Assembly: GCA_964016885.1 (NCBI GenBank)
Contig: OZ024743.1
Coordinates: forward strand, 377,146,001-377,210,000
From: Eledone cirrhosa
Taxonomy: Eukaryota
Direction of reading: 5' to 3'
Length of the DNA: 64,000 bases
The notes beneath the pieces were generated by a model, which worked only from the letters and a program-made list of their open reading frames with translations, was not told where the DNA came from and did not search any database. This document shows, piece after piece, positions 38,495 to 52,779 of the stretch. Within the stretch, counting starts at the first letter, position 1. Every line of letters begins with the position of its first letter. A program made the translations under genes and the position numbers.

Positions 38495-39303
38495 AAAGAA
38501 TTAATATATCTACCAACATATTTATACAGATGTATACTTACGCTAGCAAAGATATAGGTTTTGTCTTAGTAACTTTGTGGTTCAATACAAAGAGATGTAG
38601 AACAATTATATAAAAGACGTAAAATAAGAAAATTATAGTAATTAACTTACTTACTTAAATTTCACTCCAACTAATTAGTTTCTGAAAGGGGATATACATA
38701 ATCTTCAAATGGGGACCATGGAGAAACCTTTCTTCATCAGGGAGACATTCTCGGTTAAGATTCCTGGCAATACGCGGACGCAGGGAACTCATACAAAAAT
38801 AATTCGGTGGATGGAAAAAAGCAAGCGCGGACTAAATTCCAAGATATTGAAAATTTCACTGCCTTCCCGGTCAGTGGCAAATTCAAAAGAATCAATCACG
38901 TGACATCGAGGTTAATCAGTGAGGAGTGGGGTGTTAAAAAGACAGTAGCCAAACTAATACTATGAACCATAGTAGTAATTCAGGAAAATTTTTGCTCAAC
39001 AAAATAATTTGGAGATAATTATAAAGAATTAGTATATCTACCAACATATTGTCTCCCTGATAAAGAAAGGTTTCTCCATGGTCTCTATTTGAAGATTATG
39101 TATATCCCCTTTCAGAAACTAATTAGTTGGAGTGAAATTTAAGTAAGTAAGTTAATTACTATAATTTTCTTATTTTACGTCTTTTATATAATGTTCTACA
39201 TCTTTTTGTATTGAACCACAAAGTTACTAAGACAAAACCTATATCTTTGCTAGTGTAAGTATACATCTGTATAAATATGTTGGTAGATATACTAATTCTT
39301 TAT
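38495..39303. mobile_element. Hammerhead unit with 528-bp period (38495 / 39023) plus a 255-bp inverted arm (39049-39303)
   Basis: aaagaatta.tatatctaccaacatatt repeats directly; 38495-38748 is inverted at 39049-39303; diverged relative at 50238-50644. Confidence 0.8.
38665..38744 (-). ncRNA. Type-I hammerhead ribozyme, long stem II (plus-strand copy 39053-39132 has G8A)
   Basis: ctcc-CTGATGA-a-gaaagg...cctttc-a-GAAA-ctaattag-TT-ggag. Confidence 0.8.
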
Positions 39304-39309
39304 ACACAC

Positions 39310-39410
<101 letters not shown>

Positions 39411-39441
39411 ATTAGAAAGTCAATAACACAATATATAACTA

Positions 39442-39509
39442 CTCCATTACCAAAGGTTTCAGGACCCTAGACAATATCAATATACGTCTGTATCGTTCAT
39501 CAGACAGAG
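39442..39509 (-). ncRNA. Type-I hammerhead inside a diverged fold-back repeat (39404-39597, extension to ~39653)
   Basis: ctctgt-CTGATGA-...-GAAA-cc ttt gg-TA-atggag. Confidence 0.65.
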
Positions 39510-39931
39510 ATGTTATCTATTTTAATATTGTCTAGGGTCCTGAAACCTTTGGTAATGTAATATTTATATTTTGTGTTGTTCACTTTCTAATTAAATAACT
39601 CTGTTCTATACATAGAGCCCTCTTTTTTCCTTTGCTTTTTCTTCGGAATTACCAAACAGGGAACGTTTCCACGAACCAAAGTATCGTCTTGCTGTCTTCC
39701 TTCGGTTGCAACGTTTCTTGAAATATTTACTTCTGCGTTCACAGATTGATTTTTTTTTTATTTCAGAAGATCCCGTTAAGGGTGAAAGCAGAGATTCTTT
39801 GCTTAAACTTTAATCTGTTATTTTAATAAATATTTGCTCTACAGTTCTTATATATTTGATATATATTAATCCTTATCGAGCCCTCTTTGGATTTTAGTCT
39901 TATTATTATTACTATATATATATATATATAT

Positions 39932-39962
<31 letters not shown>

Positions 39963-40220
39963 TCTAAATCTCTTCGCATACATTTCTCCCTTACCTTCTC
40001 TTTATAATTGTGTTTATTTCATCTTTACTCCCCTCTTGTCCTCACTTACCCCCTAGGTTTTATGTCCTCACATAGGACTGTGTGCGGGCGCATTCGCAGA
40101 CAGACTCATGTATATTTACCTTTATAGGTTTTTATTCTTCTTTTGTATAAGTGTGCGTGTGTGTTGTGTGTATGTCTGTATGTGTGTGTGCGTGTATTTA
40201 TGTGTATGTATATGTGTATA

Positions 40221-40325
<105 letters not shown>

Positions 40326-40489
40326 GTGTTAAACAATATTCAATGATTATGTCAAAGAATGAGTTTTACAGTAGATTGGAAGCACTCTACGAGAAAAAAT
40401 TTACTGTTGTACATCCGAACTATGTATAATAAAATGTAATTGATCAAACGAACATCTATTTTATTAATATTTATATTTTAATATATATA

Positions 40490-41375
40490 TCTCTAGAATC
40501 TCGTCTAATAGAAAGATTTTCGACGAAAAAGCCCAGTACTACAATGAAGCGTTAGCTAGAGCAGGATATAGTGATAAGATTATGTACATAGATAATGATA
40601 GACAAACTAAACAAAATAACAACTATTTTAATTACGGCAACAACCTTAACAACTATAATAGAAAGCATTACAATAATTCCAAAAGCCAAAAAAGAAATAG
40701 AACTAGGAACATAATATGGTTTGGCCCCCTTTCTCACTAAACATTAAAACCCACATCGCTAAACTATTTTTTAAAGCTCTTGATAATCGCTTCCCTAGAA
40801 CACATAGGTATCACTCAATTTTCAATAGACATACTATAAAATTAACCTACTCATCCACCAAAAATTTAGCACAAAATATTAATAGAATAAATAATAGGAA
40901 CTTAAAACCTAGCGATAATAGCATAAATAATATACAAGTTAACAAATGTAACTGTAGAGATAGATCTAAATGTCCGTTAAATAACAACTGCTTAGTTAAA
41001 AATATAATATACAATTGTAATGTTAAAACTGACTCTAATTCTTTTAACTACGTCGGTTCCACATCGACGGAATTTAAACTTCGCTATAATAACCACAAGA
41101 ATTCTTTCACAGATCCAAGCAAAAAATCTTCAACAGCACTATCAGGCGTACTCTGGCAACTTAGGCTAGATAACGTTAGATATTCGACGGCTTGGAATAT
41201 AGTCTCAAGAGGAATTCCTTTTAATTCATCCTCTGAGACATGTGACCTCTGCGCAGAAGAGATATTCTTTATACTAAAATCTAAAAATTCCCTTAATCTA
41301 CGGACAAATTTATTCAGTTGCTGCAAACATAGATTAAACTCAACTTTTAAATATAAATTTAAATTTAAAACGTAG
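40490..41375 (+). pseudogene. Penelope-like thumb/linker + GIY-YIG endonuclease (frameshift near 40725; ORF 40716-41375 intact thereafter)
   Basis: SSNRKIFDEKAQYYNEALARAGY; PPFS..HRYHSIFNRHTIKLTYS; CNCRDRSKCP; NIIY..YVGST..FKLRYNNHK; CDLC..E..LN.R..CCKH. Confidence 0.9.
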
Positions 41376-42359
41376 TATATTTAGTTTGATTTATAATTAT
41401 TTGGGAAACTAGCCGATAAATCTTTCGATTTCTTCTTTTTATTCTTCTTTTTATTTTTATTTTTATTTTTATTTAAACATTCTTCATGAAAAATTAAACT
41501 ACCCTAAAAGTTGATGCTCCAAATATTTCGAATAAACGTTACACTAGTTAAACTTCTATATTAAATATAAGAACACATGTAGACCAAAGGGGCATCCTAA
41601 ACTTTTTGAAATGATTTTTGCTAGACGTGATTTGATAAATAATTTTTAGCTTTATCTGCTTTCGACTCTGATGCTTATAATGAACTTGGCAATATATTGT
41701 CAATTAATTTTGAAGGGTTGATCTTTGTGGTCGATTTGCGTGGCATATTATGTTTCTATTATGTTTTTATTTTTATTATTGTAATATTTTCTAATATTTT
41801 TATTTTTAATATGTAATATTTTTTAGTTTTCTATTTTATTATTATTTATTATTATTATTATTATTTTTTGTTTTTGTTTCTGATATTTTTTATTAATATA
41901 TTGAAATCTGTTCTCTATTTCTGCTTGATAGATAATCATGTAGAGTAAAGACAAGAATAGTATTGTTAAAATTAATATAGACTCTATATATATGTGTATA
42001 TATATACACATATATGTATACTTAAATTTTTATAGCACAATGAGAATGTTCTCCGTGTGAAATAGGGGTTTGCAGAGTTGATCACGTAAATTCACATCGA
42101 TGTTTGTAGTTATCATATAAACATATGAATTTTTAAAACTAAACATAAGTTCATTACTTTTCACACATTATGGATACGTGTCTCATTCAGGAATACTGAT
42201 ATTTACATTATAGTGCCTGGTTTTTATACGTACTAATATCTCTACATTAAAATATAGGGTTTTTAAATTATGCCTCGCCTATGTCTGGTTACTTTTCATT
42301 TTTCTCTCTATATAACGGCTGGTTTCTTTCCTAACCACATATATCTCCCTTACATTAAT

Positions 42360-42537
42360 TGTTTCTACTTTTGGCACAAGGCCAGCAATTACCCAGTGCA
42401 TTACTGGTACTTTATTTTATCGACCCCGTAAGGATGAAAGGCAAAGTCAACCTCGGCGGGATTTGAACTCAGATCGTAAAGGGACGTAACTATGCTGGAA
42501 AGCATGGCGTCCGACTCTCTACCGATACTGCCAATCC
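42360..42537 (-). mobile_element. Complete Meta-type tRNA SINE with 18-bp target-site duplication
   Basis: TSD tatctcccttacattaat at 42342-42359 and 42538-42555. Confidence 0.88.
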
Positions 42538-42898
42538 TATCTCCCTTACATTAATACTAGAGCTAAATAAATAAATAAATAAATAAATGTATCATTGATA
42601 CGTTCATCCAACTACCTACTTTTCTCTATATATATCTATCTCTATCTATTTCCTCTCTCTATTTATATCTCTATCTGTTTCTTTACATGAAGTTCTTCTC
42701 TTTATCTATCTTTCCATCTCTCTATTTTGTTGCATGCATTTCTTCTTTTTCTTCTTTTTCTTCGTTTTCTTTCTTTTCTTTCTTTCTTTCTCTCTTTCTT
42801 TCTGTTTACAATTTTTCACTGCCAAATCAACTTTTTCAAATACAAGTCGATGTTGAACGGTATGTCAAATCTATTTATCTATAAAACTGTCTATATTG

Positions 42899-42964
42899 TA
42901 TTTTGTCTGAGGAAGGCATAACATATTGTTAATATGATATCCCTGAAATATATATAATGAAATA
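42899..42964 (+). ncRNA. Type-I hammerhead ribozyme
   Basis: tattttgt-CTGAGGA-agg..catatt gtt aatatg..cct-GAAA-tatata-TA-atgaaata. Confidence 0.75.
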
Positions 42965-43034
42965 AATATGGTTTTATAAATATAGTTTCCATTTATTTAA
43001 TATCGTATATATATATATATTTGTGTATGTGTGT

Positions 43035-43076
<42 letters not shown>

Positions 43077-43249
43077 TTATTCATGCATGTATGTATATAT
43101 ATGCATGTGTATGTATGTGTGTGTGTATGTATGTATGCGTGTTTATGTTTGTATGTGTACACTTGTATGTTTGTGTGTGTGTATGTGTGTGTGTATATAT
43201 ATAGATATATTTATATATATATATTTTTAGGAACGATCGACTTTCGTCA

Positions 43250-43447
43250 AATCGGACCGAGGAAACAATGTTTCCGTTGGTCTTTCCAATTGCTAATACT
43301 ATCTATCGGTCGCAACTGCAGGTAGAAGGAGCAACGTGAAATAAAGTTTCTTGCTCAAGGACATAACGCATCGCCCGGTCCAGGAATTGAACTCATAACC
43401 TCACGATTGCGAATCCAATTCTCTAACCTCTCAGCCACACGCCTTCA
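43250..43447 (-). mobile_element. tRNA-headed SINE of a second family
   Basis: Minus: ggcgtgtggctgagaggttagag..gagttcaattcctgg (A/B boxes), then gtccttgagcaagaaactttatttcacgttgctcc. Confidence 0.7.
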
Positions 43448-43981
43448 CAATATATATATATATATATGTGCATATATGAGTGTGTATATATTGTGTGTGT
43501 GTGTAATGTGTGTATATGTATATATGTTTGTATATGTATATATATATGTATATGTATGTGCGTGCGTATGTATTTGTACATATGCGTATGTGTGTATATA
43601 TGTATGTATATTTATATATATGTACATATATATATATATATATATATATGTGTGTATGTGGTTGAATGTATTTTTTCTCATGTGTGTGAGTTTATGTTTA
43701 TATTATACCTGTATTTGGTTCTATGCATGTGTTCGAGGTTTTAGTTGTGTGTTTGCGGTGATTATAGGCTTTTGTTTTTTGTCTGTATACTCTTATGAAT
43801 GTGTATGTATATGTGTGTATGTGTGTGTGAATGTATATATTTATTTATATATGTATATACACCTACATTTGTGTATATTTTCTTATACGTGTGGTTGAGT
43901 GTATGTGCGTGCGTGTGTGTGTGTGTGTGTATGTGTGTATGTATATGTGTATATATATGTGTGTGTATATATATATATATG

Positions 43982-44026
<45 letters not shown>

Positions 44027-44050
44027 ATATGTTTATGCTGTATATGTATG

Positions 44051-44087
<37 letters not shown>

Positions 44088-44153
44088 ATATGTTTATGCT
44101 GTATATGTGTATATATATATATATATATAATGTATAATAAACAATACAATATA

Positions 44154-44230
44154 ATTACCCATTACCAGAGGTTTCCCGAATAAGACGAATACGAAAAAAA
44201 CGTCCTCATTCGTTCGTCGGACAAGGTAAT
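44154..44230 (-). ncRNA. Hammerhead ribozyme, U4C variant
   Basis: attaccttgt-CCGACGA-a-cgaatgaggacg...cgtcttattcg-g-GAAA-cc tct gg-TA-atgggtaat. Confidence 0.65.
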
Positions 44231-44851
44231 ATAAAACATAGTGAAATATTTGGAAAGTCTCCTCAAGAAATGCAAAAAATATATAAATAAAAGTAATGCA
44301 AGAGATATAATAAAAAATATAGAAAAATGTATATGTATATATGTATATATATATATTATTTTATGCAATTGCTTACCACGTTTGTTTGTTTATGTTTATT
44401 TGTTTTCTCCCCTCCCTTCTCTTTTCGTTGTCAACGTGCTATTTTTTCATTCTTTATTTTTTTTTTTTTACTTTAATTATTTTTTATTTTTTGCTTTTAT
44501 TTATTTATTATTATGACTTCATGTATATGTATGTATTTGTCTATGCTGGTTGATACATATACGCCTATGTGACAGCTTATTTTTTAAGTATATGCACGTG
44601 GTCGAGTGTGTATACGTTTGTTTATATATTTTTATATATATGTGTGTGTATATATATGTATGTATATGTATATATATGTACGTATGTGTGTATGTATATA
44701 TGTATATGTGTATGTATGTCTGTGTGTGTGTATGTATACTTATATATATATAATCCTTTTTTTCTTCTTCGCTCGTTGTTTCTTTAGCCTCACTTTCATA
44801 TTTCTTATATTTTTCTTTTCAAATCTACATTCAATAAAAACACCAGATTTT

Positions 44852-44911
44852 TTTCATTCTGACGACTGAAAGCAGATTTGTTTGCTTTCAAGAAACCACT
44901 GGTAAATGAAA
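44852..44911 (+). ncRNA. Type-I hammerhead ribozyme
   Basis: tttcatt-CTGACGA-c-tgaaagca..tgctttca-a-GAAA-cc act gg-TA-aatgaaa. Confidence 0.82.
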
Positions 44912-45005
44912 TAATTATCTTATGTTGTTTATTACATAACTAATAAGCTCTGTAACCTATATAGAGCACTCTTTTTTCCTGTACCTTTCCGACGGAATTA
45001 CTTCA

Positions 45006-45040
<35 letters not shown>

Positions 45041-45048
<8 letters not shown>

Positions 45049-45833
45049 ATACTTTGGGAGGGTCATGTTGCCAATAAGAAACACACGCACCAGTTGCTTT
45101 CACTTCAATTTATTAATATAATAAATTTATAAATTTCTGGTTGGTTGGTTGGTTCCACAACCAGATAGTTGTTTATATATTGTCATAGTTCTTTCGTCAC
45201 ACACTCTGTGACCTCTTCAGTGACTGGGGATTCCTTTCTTTGTTTCTGTGCCTCTCCTGTGTTCTGTCCTACGCGCCATTTTGTTTCTGTGTGTGTGTTG
45301 TGTGCTCAGTCTGCGCATGCGCCACATCCGGGTGTCTGTGTGTGTTTATGTTCCTTTATTTATTTGTTTATTTACATGTTACTTGTTGGTTGTTTGTTCT
45401 ATGTGTGTGTGTGTTTTCATTTTGTCCTTAATTGTAAGTTGTGATGTTGCTGTTCCACTCATATTTTCTATTTAATTTTGGTTGTAATTCTTTTATGTTT
45501 ATTGCCTCTGTAATTTGTCTAAACATTGCGTCTTTTCTGTGTGTAGATTCTATTTTTATTTCTATGTTCTCTAATTTACCCCTGTGTTCTATTTTAGCAT
45601 GTTGGTAGAGTACAGATGATTCTTTACTATCTTGAAGGTCTCGCCAGTATTCATTTATCCGTTCCCCTACACTACGAGCTGTCTCACCTATGTACACTAT
45701 AATTTTGTCTATTGAAGTGAAAGCAACTGGTGCGTGTGTTTCTTATTGGCAACATGACCCTCCCAAAGTATAACAATATCGGTTTCAACACAAAATTTCA
45801 GATAAAGAATCTTGCTAAACAAATTCAGAAACG
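45041..45833 (-). mobile_element. 5'-truncated Penelope-like element with inverted terminal copy (45711-45779) plus extension (45780-45833), in (TA)n
   Basis: Arms 45041-45109 / 45711-45779; degenerate hammerhead near 45120-45170. Confidence 0.8.
45428..45709 (-). pseudogene. GIY-YIG endonuclease C-terminal fragment (Penelope-like, different lineage from the Naiad-type copies)
   Basis: VYIGETARSVGERINE..LYQH...H..RQITEAINI..PKLN.K.EW. Confidence 0.85.
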
Positions 45834-45865
<32 letters not shown>

Positions 45866-45873
45866 ACATATAC

Positions 45874-45971
<98 letters not shown>

Positions 45972-45999
45972 TTATAAATATATGCATATATATTTATAA

Positions 46000-46062
<63 letters not shown>

Positions 46063-46130
46063 TGTATATGTATGTAAGTATGTATGTATATATGTATGCA
46101 TATATATATATATATACATGTATATGTATA

Positions 46131-46202
<72 letters not shown>

Positions 46203-47028
46203 TAAAAAAATAATGAATAAAACAATGAAACAGTTCCTTATATTAAACAAAAAAAGTTCATTATTTAACGATCGTTTCTAGGACATATATGTGTTAGAAT
46301 TGGCATGCATATTCAACAGATCTATGTACAAAATTATACAAAATTATACAAACTATCAAATAGAATATACATACCAACACATACATATGCCGTCTTCAGA
46401 AATAATGAAATATATTTATTGATAATAACAACAATTCAAAATTACAGGTCTGTTTGGGAACAGAGTTCAAATAGACCAATGAAATACACAAAAATATATC
46501 AAGAAAATACAGTTAGGTGTGTGTATATATGTAAGTAACTTCGTTCACAGATATGCATAAAAATGTATGTTCACATGCATACGCATGTCGAAAAAAATGT
46601 ATGTAAATACAAAAATTCAGGGCTAATGTCTCTGTATGTTTATAATCTACAGACAAAATACACATACGTATACATACATATATACACTCATATATACACA
46701 CATATATACATACATTCATACACACACACGCGCATATACACATAAACATACACATACCCACGAACATACACACACACACACACATACACACACACACATA
46801 CGTATATATTATTATTATAACTATATGGATATTGAGGCGCACACATAAACACTGCCACATATACTTACATCTAGATGCAGAACTAAAGTAGGTAAAGGGA
46901 GTCAGTAATTATAGAGGGTGTCAAACACAGCATATTTATAAAATGTATCTATAAATTTAGAAATAAAAAGAAATATATTAAAAGAAATAAACAAGTAAAA
47001 TATATACTCATACATAAAATACACATCG

Positions 47029-47081
<53 letters not shown>

Positions 47082-47394
47082 CATATATATAGAGACATAT
47101 ACATATACATACATAAACATACACATACACATACATACACACATATATATATACATATACTCACAACACATATATATACACACATACATATATACATACA
47201 CGCACATATATATACACACACACACATACATATACGTATATATACATACACATACACATATCCATGTATATATATACACATACAACCACACGCTCACACA
47301 CAACTCAGACATACATAAATATAGAGATATACATACACACATATATATATATAGATATATACATACATATAAATATATATACACACACACACAT

Positions 47395-47438
<44 letters not shown>

Positions 47439-47537
47439 AATACACACAGTCAGACAATTATGCACATATATACACATACATACACACATCTCTACAAATA
47501 TATATACACATACACATACACACACACACATATATAT

Positions 47538-47624
<87 letters not shown>

Positions 47625-47899
47625 TACATATATATATACATATATATACAATCATACACACTTATTTACATGCGCACATATGTATTTTTATACTCACATA
47701 CAAACACCCAAACATACATACATACTTACATACACATACATACATCCACGCTTACAAATCCGAATAATTATAGGGGGGGGGGGGATTAAAATTATTAGTG
47801 GGAAATAGTAAATATAGGTTTCAAGGAACATAGAATATTAATCTGCATTTAGATCATAATATGTGTTTACATAGTAGTTTCAGTATTAGGAAATATAAG

Positions 47900-48830
47900 A
47901 AAGAAGGCAAAATTATGCATTTTAATATAAGTAGATTATTAATTATAGGTTAACTAAATTAAAAATAGTTAATATATTGATTTCTAAGATGTATACTACT
48001 TAGGTTCATAATATTTAAAGCGGAATTTTGAAGTTAAACAGTAGTAGAGTATTAATTATAGCATAACTAAATTAAAATATTAACATTATGGTATCAATTT
48101 TAGGAAATGAATTTAGTAATAGGGAAAACCAAATCAAGTATTTTATCGGTAGTAGAATATAAATTATAGGTTAACTAAACTAAAAATTATATATTAATTT
48201 CTATAGTATATGTTAATTAGGTTTATAATAATTAAAGCAGATTTTGTATTTTATCTGTAGTAGAATATAATTATAGGTTAACAAAAATTAAAATTAATCT
48301 ATATATTTATTTGTAAAGAATATATTAATTAGGTATATATTTAAAAGTTTTTCACAGTTTATGATTACATGATATTCTGCAATCCATCTGTATTAGAATT
48401 TTAATCTTAAGTTAACTAAATTAAAATTATAGGTTAACTAAATTAAAATTAATTTATAAATTAATTTCTAAATTGTACATTAATTAGGTTTATAATATTA
48501 AAAAGTATTTCTCTGTTATTGATTACACGATATTTAGTTATATTTCATCTGTAAAAGAATTTTAATAAAAGGTTAAATAAACTAAAATTAATCTATAAAT
48601 TAATTTCCAAAGTATATATTAATTATGTTAATAATATTTAAAAGTTTTTCACAATTTATGATTACACAATATTTTTTAATCTCATCTGTAGTAGAATTTT
48701 AATTAAATTAAAATTATAGGTTAACTACATTTAAATTAAATTATATATTAATTTCTAAAATATATATTATTAATTAGGTTTATAATATTTAAATGTTTTT
48801 CTCAGTTTATGATTACACGATATAATTAAT
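47900..48830. repeat. Degenerate AT-rich tandem array (~110-155-bp units) derived from the Penelope ORF end
   Basis: ttaattaggtttataatatttaaa..tttatgattacacgatat recurs at ~48770, 48620, 48480, 48325, 48213, 48000. Confidence 0.75.
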
Positions 48831-50160
48831 TCCTGTCGCTTATTTAATAGGATATCCTTAGATTTCATTATTTCAAATAGTTCTTGGGAACACAATCTAC
48901 ATTCATTTCTATTATTTTGATAAGGGGTGGCTCTTTTGAGCACACTCCAGGTCATATCATATTCTATATTCTTATTTCTATAACTATTAATTTTTTCTGC
49001 TAGAGATGTTGTATTAGCCAGTGCGGCATTTTTAAAACTATGTTTGTGGGTATTAAACCTTACCTTAAAATTGTTAGAAGTAGCTCCTATATATGAGCAA
49101 ATAGAATCTTTAGTTTTAACTTTACATTTATAAACTATGTTGTTAACAAGAGAATTTCCTTTTAATGGGCAGTTTGCTTTGTTTCTACAGTTACAACCTT
49201 TCGTTAATTCTGTATTTGAGGAGATATTATGGTTAGTTTGATGTATTGGTGGTATACTTATGGTTTTTTTACATTTATATGCATTATAGGCACTTATATT
49301 TTGTTTTATGTTTTTGGTTGTTGAGTATGAGAATTTAACTATTGATCTATTTAAGATTTGATGGTATTTGTGGTTTGGCGGGAAGTTTTTCTCTAGGATA
49401 TAAAAAAAAATTTTTTAGCAATATTATCCTTAATTTGTAAATTAAATGGAGCATTATACCAAGTAACTCGTCTATTACGGTTTCTATGTTGTTTATTATT
49501 TTTATAGGTTGCATCGTGATGTTTACTAGGAGGATTAATGTTAATGACCTCACCACGCACATTTTTAGTTAGATTTATTGATTTAGGTGTTTTATCTTGT
49601 TTATTAGGAGTTTTATTATTAACATTTATTAGAGTTGTATGATGAGTAGTTTTTTGAGAGTTACTATACTTTATATTAGAGGAGTTAGAGAAAATTGGTT
49701 TTATGTTGGTATTTTGGGGTATAGTGTGAGTGGCATTTAGGTGTGTACTTTTCATTTGGTGTTTGTTGGTAATATTAGGTTGTATGTTTATAGTGTTTTT
49801 AGTAGAAGGTATATATTCCAATCTATTTTTGTGGCCACTTCTATCTAGAGCTTCGTTATAGAATGTCGCATTTTTATCAAATACATCTTGGTTAGACGAA
49901 AGGTTAGAAATTCTAAGTGATATATTATATGCAAGGTTTTTAAGGATAGATTTAGGGTGATTAGATTGTGAGTGTATGTAGTGTAAGTTTTGGTTGGGTT
50001 TATGGTAAGGTTGGTAGATACCCGTAGCTAAGTCTAAAGTTATATCTAGGAAATTAACTACTTTACTTGTGTTTTCAAAAGTAATATGAATACTATAATA
50101 GTCTTTAAGGAAAGTTCTAATAAGCTTTTTGTTTTTTTCTATTTCTGAGAGGCTAAGGTT
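48770..50160 (-). pseudogene. Penelope-like RT C-terminus/thumb, linker and GIY-YIG (frameshift near 49400)
   Basis: VNFLDITLDL..YQPYHKPN..YIHSQSNHP; NRRVTWYNAPF; GCNCRNKANCPL; IVY..YIGAT..FKVRFNTHK; CRLC..LLNKRQE..CNH. Confidence 0.9.
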
Positions 50161-50161
50161 G

Positions 50162-50241
<80 letters not shown>

Positions 50242-50289
50242 AACGTAAAATAAGAAAATTATGAAATTAACTTACTTACTAAAATATCA

Positions 50290-50369
50290 CTTCTAACTAA
50301 TTAGTTTCTGGAATGGAGTAAATATATTTTCCGAAGAAGATATTGAAAAGCATTCCGTCGTCAGGGAAG
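50290..50369 (-). ncRNA. Type-I hammerhead ribozyme in unit 50238-50644 (diverged relative of the 38.6-39.0 kb unit)
   Basis: cttcc-CTGACGA-c-ggaatg...cattcc-a-GAAA-ctaattag-TT-agaag. Confidence 0.75.
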
Positions 50370-50664
50370 TCTATTTTCGTCCAAGTTACCAGGCAAAGCG
50401 AGGACTCTGGAAACTTATTAAAAAATAATTCAGTGGATAGGAAATAGCAAAGCGTGGACTGAATTCTTAGCCATTGAGAAAATCACTGCCTCTACGTCTG
50501 TGGCAAATTCAAAAAGAATCAATCACGTGACATCGAGGTCAATCAGTGGAAAGTGGTTTGCTAATAAGACGGCGGCCTGCCTACTACTATAGCAGCAGTC
50601 ATGGCCAATATTGCTCGACAAATAATTTGGAGATAATAATAAAGATATATAGATATATATATAT

Positions 50665-50744
<80 letters not shown>

Positions 50745-50751
50745 ATGTATA

Positions 50752-50822
<71 letters not shown>

Positions 50823-50829
50823 ATGTATA

Positions 50830-50916
<87 letters not shown>

Positions 50917-51546
50917 CCGTGTATCAGTAAAGGTTTTTTGATTCTCTGAACCCCATTATATTGTGTTATCATATGTAACCCATGTGCAGCCAGGCAGTAT
51001 TCTTCTTTCTTCTCGTGTTTTTTATATATATTTACCTCGGCTGCGTTTGTCTGTTTCCCTCTTACTGCTTCCCCGCTCTCTCTGTTTCTCTCACCTTTCG
51101 CCCCCTCTGTCAGTTACACTTTCTCTCGACTGACCTCTTCCTCATACTTCCATTCACTCACTCTCTGTTTCTCCCCTTCTCACTTCCTCCCGTTTGGCTT
51201 GTAGTGGGTCTCTTCTTGCTTACATCTCACTCACATCGGACGGTCTGTACCTGTCTCGCTCACGAAATCCACCCAGCTTAAGCTGACCGGACAACCTTGT
51301 TGCTTGTTTATTTTCCTATCTTTGGTTTGCTTTTATCCTTCTATGTTGTTTACTTGTCCCCCTCGCTTTACGCGAATTACTGGTCCCAATAACCTTTTTT
51401 AGTTATTGCTCGCACCAACCTGAGGTATATGATTTTTAATGCGATGAAATACCAATGATGGTTGGAAAATCACTGACGAAGGACTATTTTTATCATATGT
51501 AACCCATGTGCAACCACGCAGTATTCTTCTTGCTTCTCATGTGTTT

Positions 51547-51602
<56 letters not shown>

Positions 51603-51788
51603 AACATATGCATATATATTTGCATATATAATATATATATATATGCATGTATATGTATGTAAGTATGTATGTATATATGTATGCATATATATATATATAT
51701 ACATGTATATGTATATATATATATATAAGTTAAAAGCATATAACGATATGTGCTTTTACGATTCTCTAGAGAGGCCGGAAGATAGGTA

Positions 51789-51833
51789 AATATTGCTGAT
51801 GAGATGTAACAACATCGAAACTAGTTCAATATT
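51789..51833 (+). ncRNA. Minimal type-I hammerhead ribozyme in unit 51727-52126 (relative of the 18.4-kb unit)
   Basis: aatattg-CTGATGA-gatgt aaca acatc-GAAA-ctag-TT-caatatt; stems I and II perfectly paired. Confidence 0.88.
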
Positions 51834-52121
51834 CCTTGTCTGGCTTTCTGGAGAATAGAGGAAAGGTGTTTCCTCAAAAACCAGTATGACTCTAAAAACC
51901 CGTTTGTCTGTGTGTTTACATACAGAATAGCTGGACACTCACAGTAAAGTGACCAGTGAAAAACTCGGTACATCTACATATGTATACGTGTGTGTATTCA
52001 TATGCATACTAGTATTTCAGTATACATATGTGGATGTACATTTTTAACGTAATTGTTTAAGCGTCAGTCATACAAAAGTGAGTTACAAACGAAACGAAAT
52101 TTAATTTCGTTTCGTTATTTG

Positions 52122-52255
<134 letters not shown>

Positions 52256-52779
52256 TACATATATACATACATACTTACATACATATGTATATATATATAT
52301 GACCGTGTATCAGTAAAGGTTTTTTAATTCTCTGAACCCCATTATATTTTGTCCTTCACCTTAGTCTATTAATCTGGTTATTTTTGTTTGTTGTTGCTAT
52401 TGTAGGCTGTTGTTTTTTTTATCACAAAATAAAATAAATAAGTTTAAATCTTTAATTTATTAGAAAAAACATTTGACTTTAATATGATTGGGGGTGAGAG
52501 AAAGAGTAGCGGGCGAAAAACAGAAAGATAATTAGATAGATCAATCGATAGATAAATAGATATATTTCTTTATTTACCATAAAGGCATAAAAAGAAGGGA
52601 CAAATACAAAGGGGGAGTTTACATAAAATCGAGTAAAAAGGGTATAAAATGAAAATAATCGAAAATAACCTCAAAAGGGAGGGGACGTGATGGGGGTTGC
52701 ACACACCCCCGAAAAAGTGTGCAATCCTTTGCCCGAGGAGCACATGGAGAAGGTGCTCCCCTCTCCTTCACTTCTTTAC

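Larger units (their letters stand above)
46197..50160 (-). mobile_element. 5'-truncated Penelope-like (Naiad-type) element, (TA)n on both sides
   Basis: Coding remnant 48770-50160, tandem-repeat 3' region, degenerate HHR at 46259-46326 (CTGTTGA..GAAA-cgatcg-TT). The 3' boundary is inferred. Confidence 0.6.
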
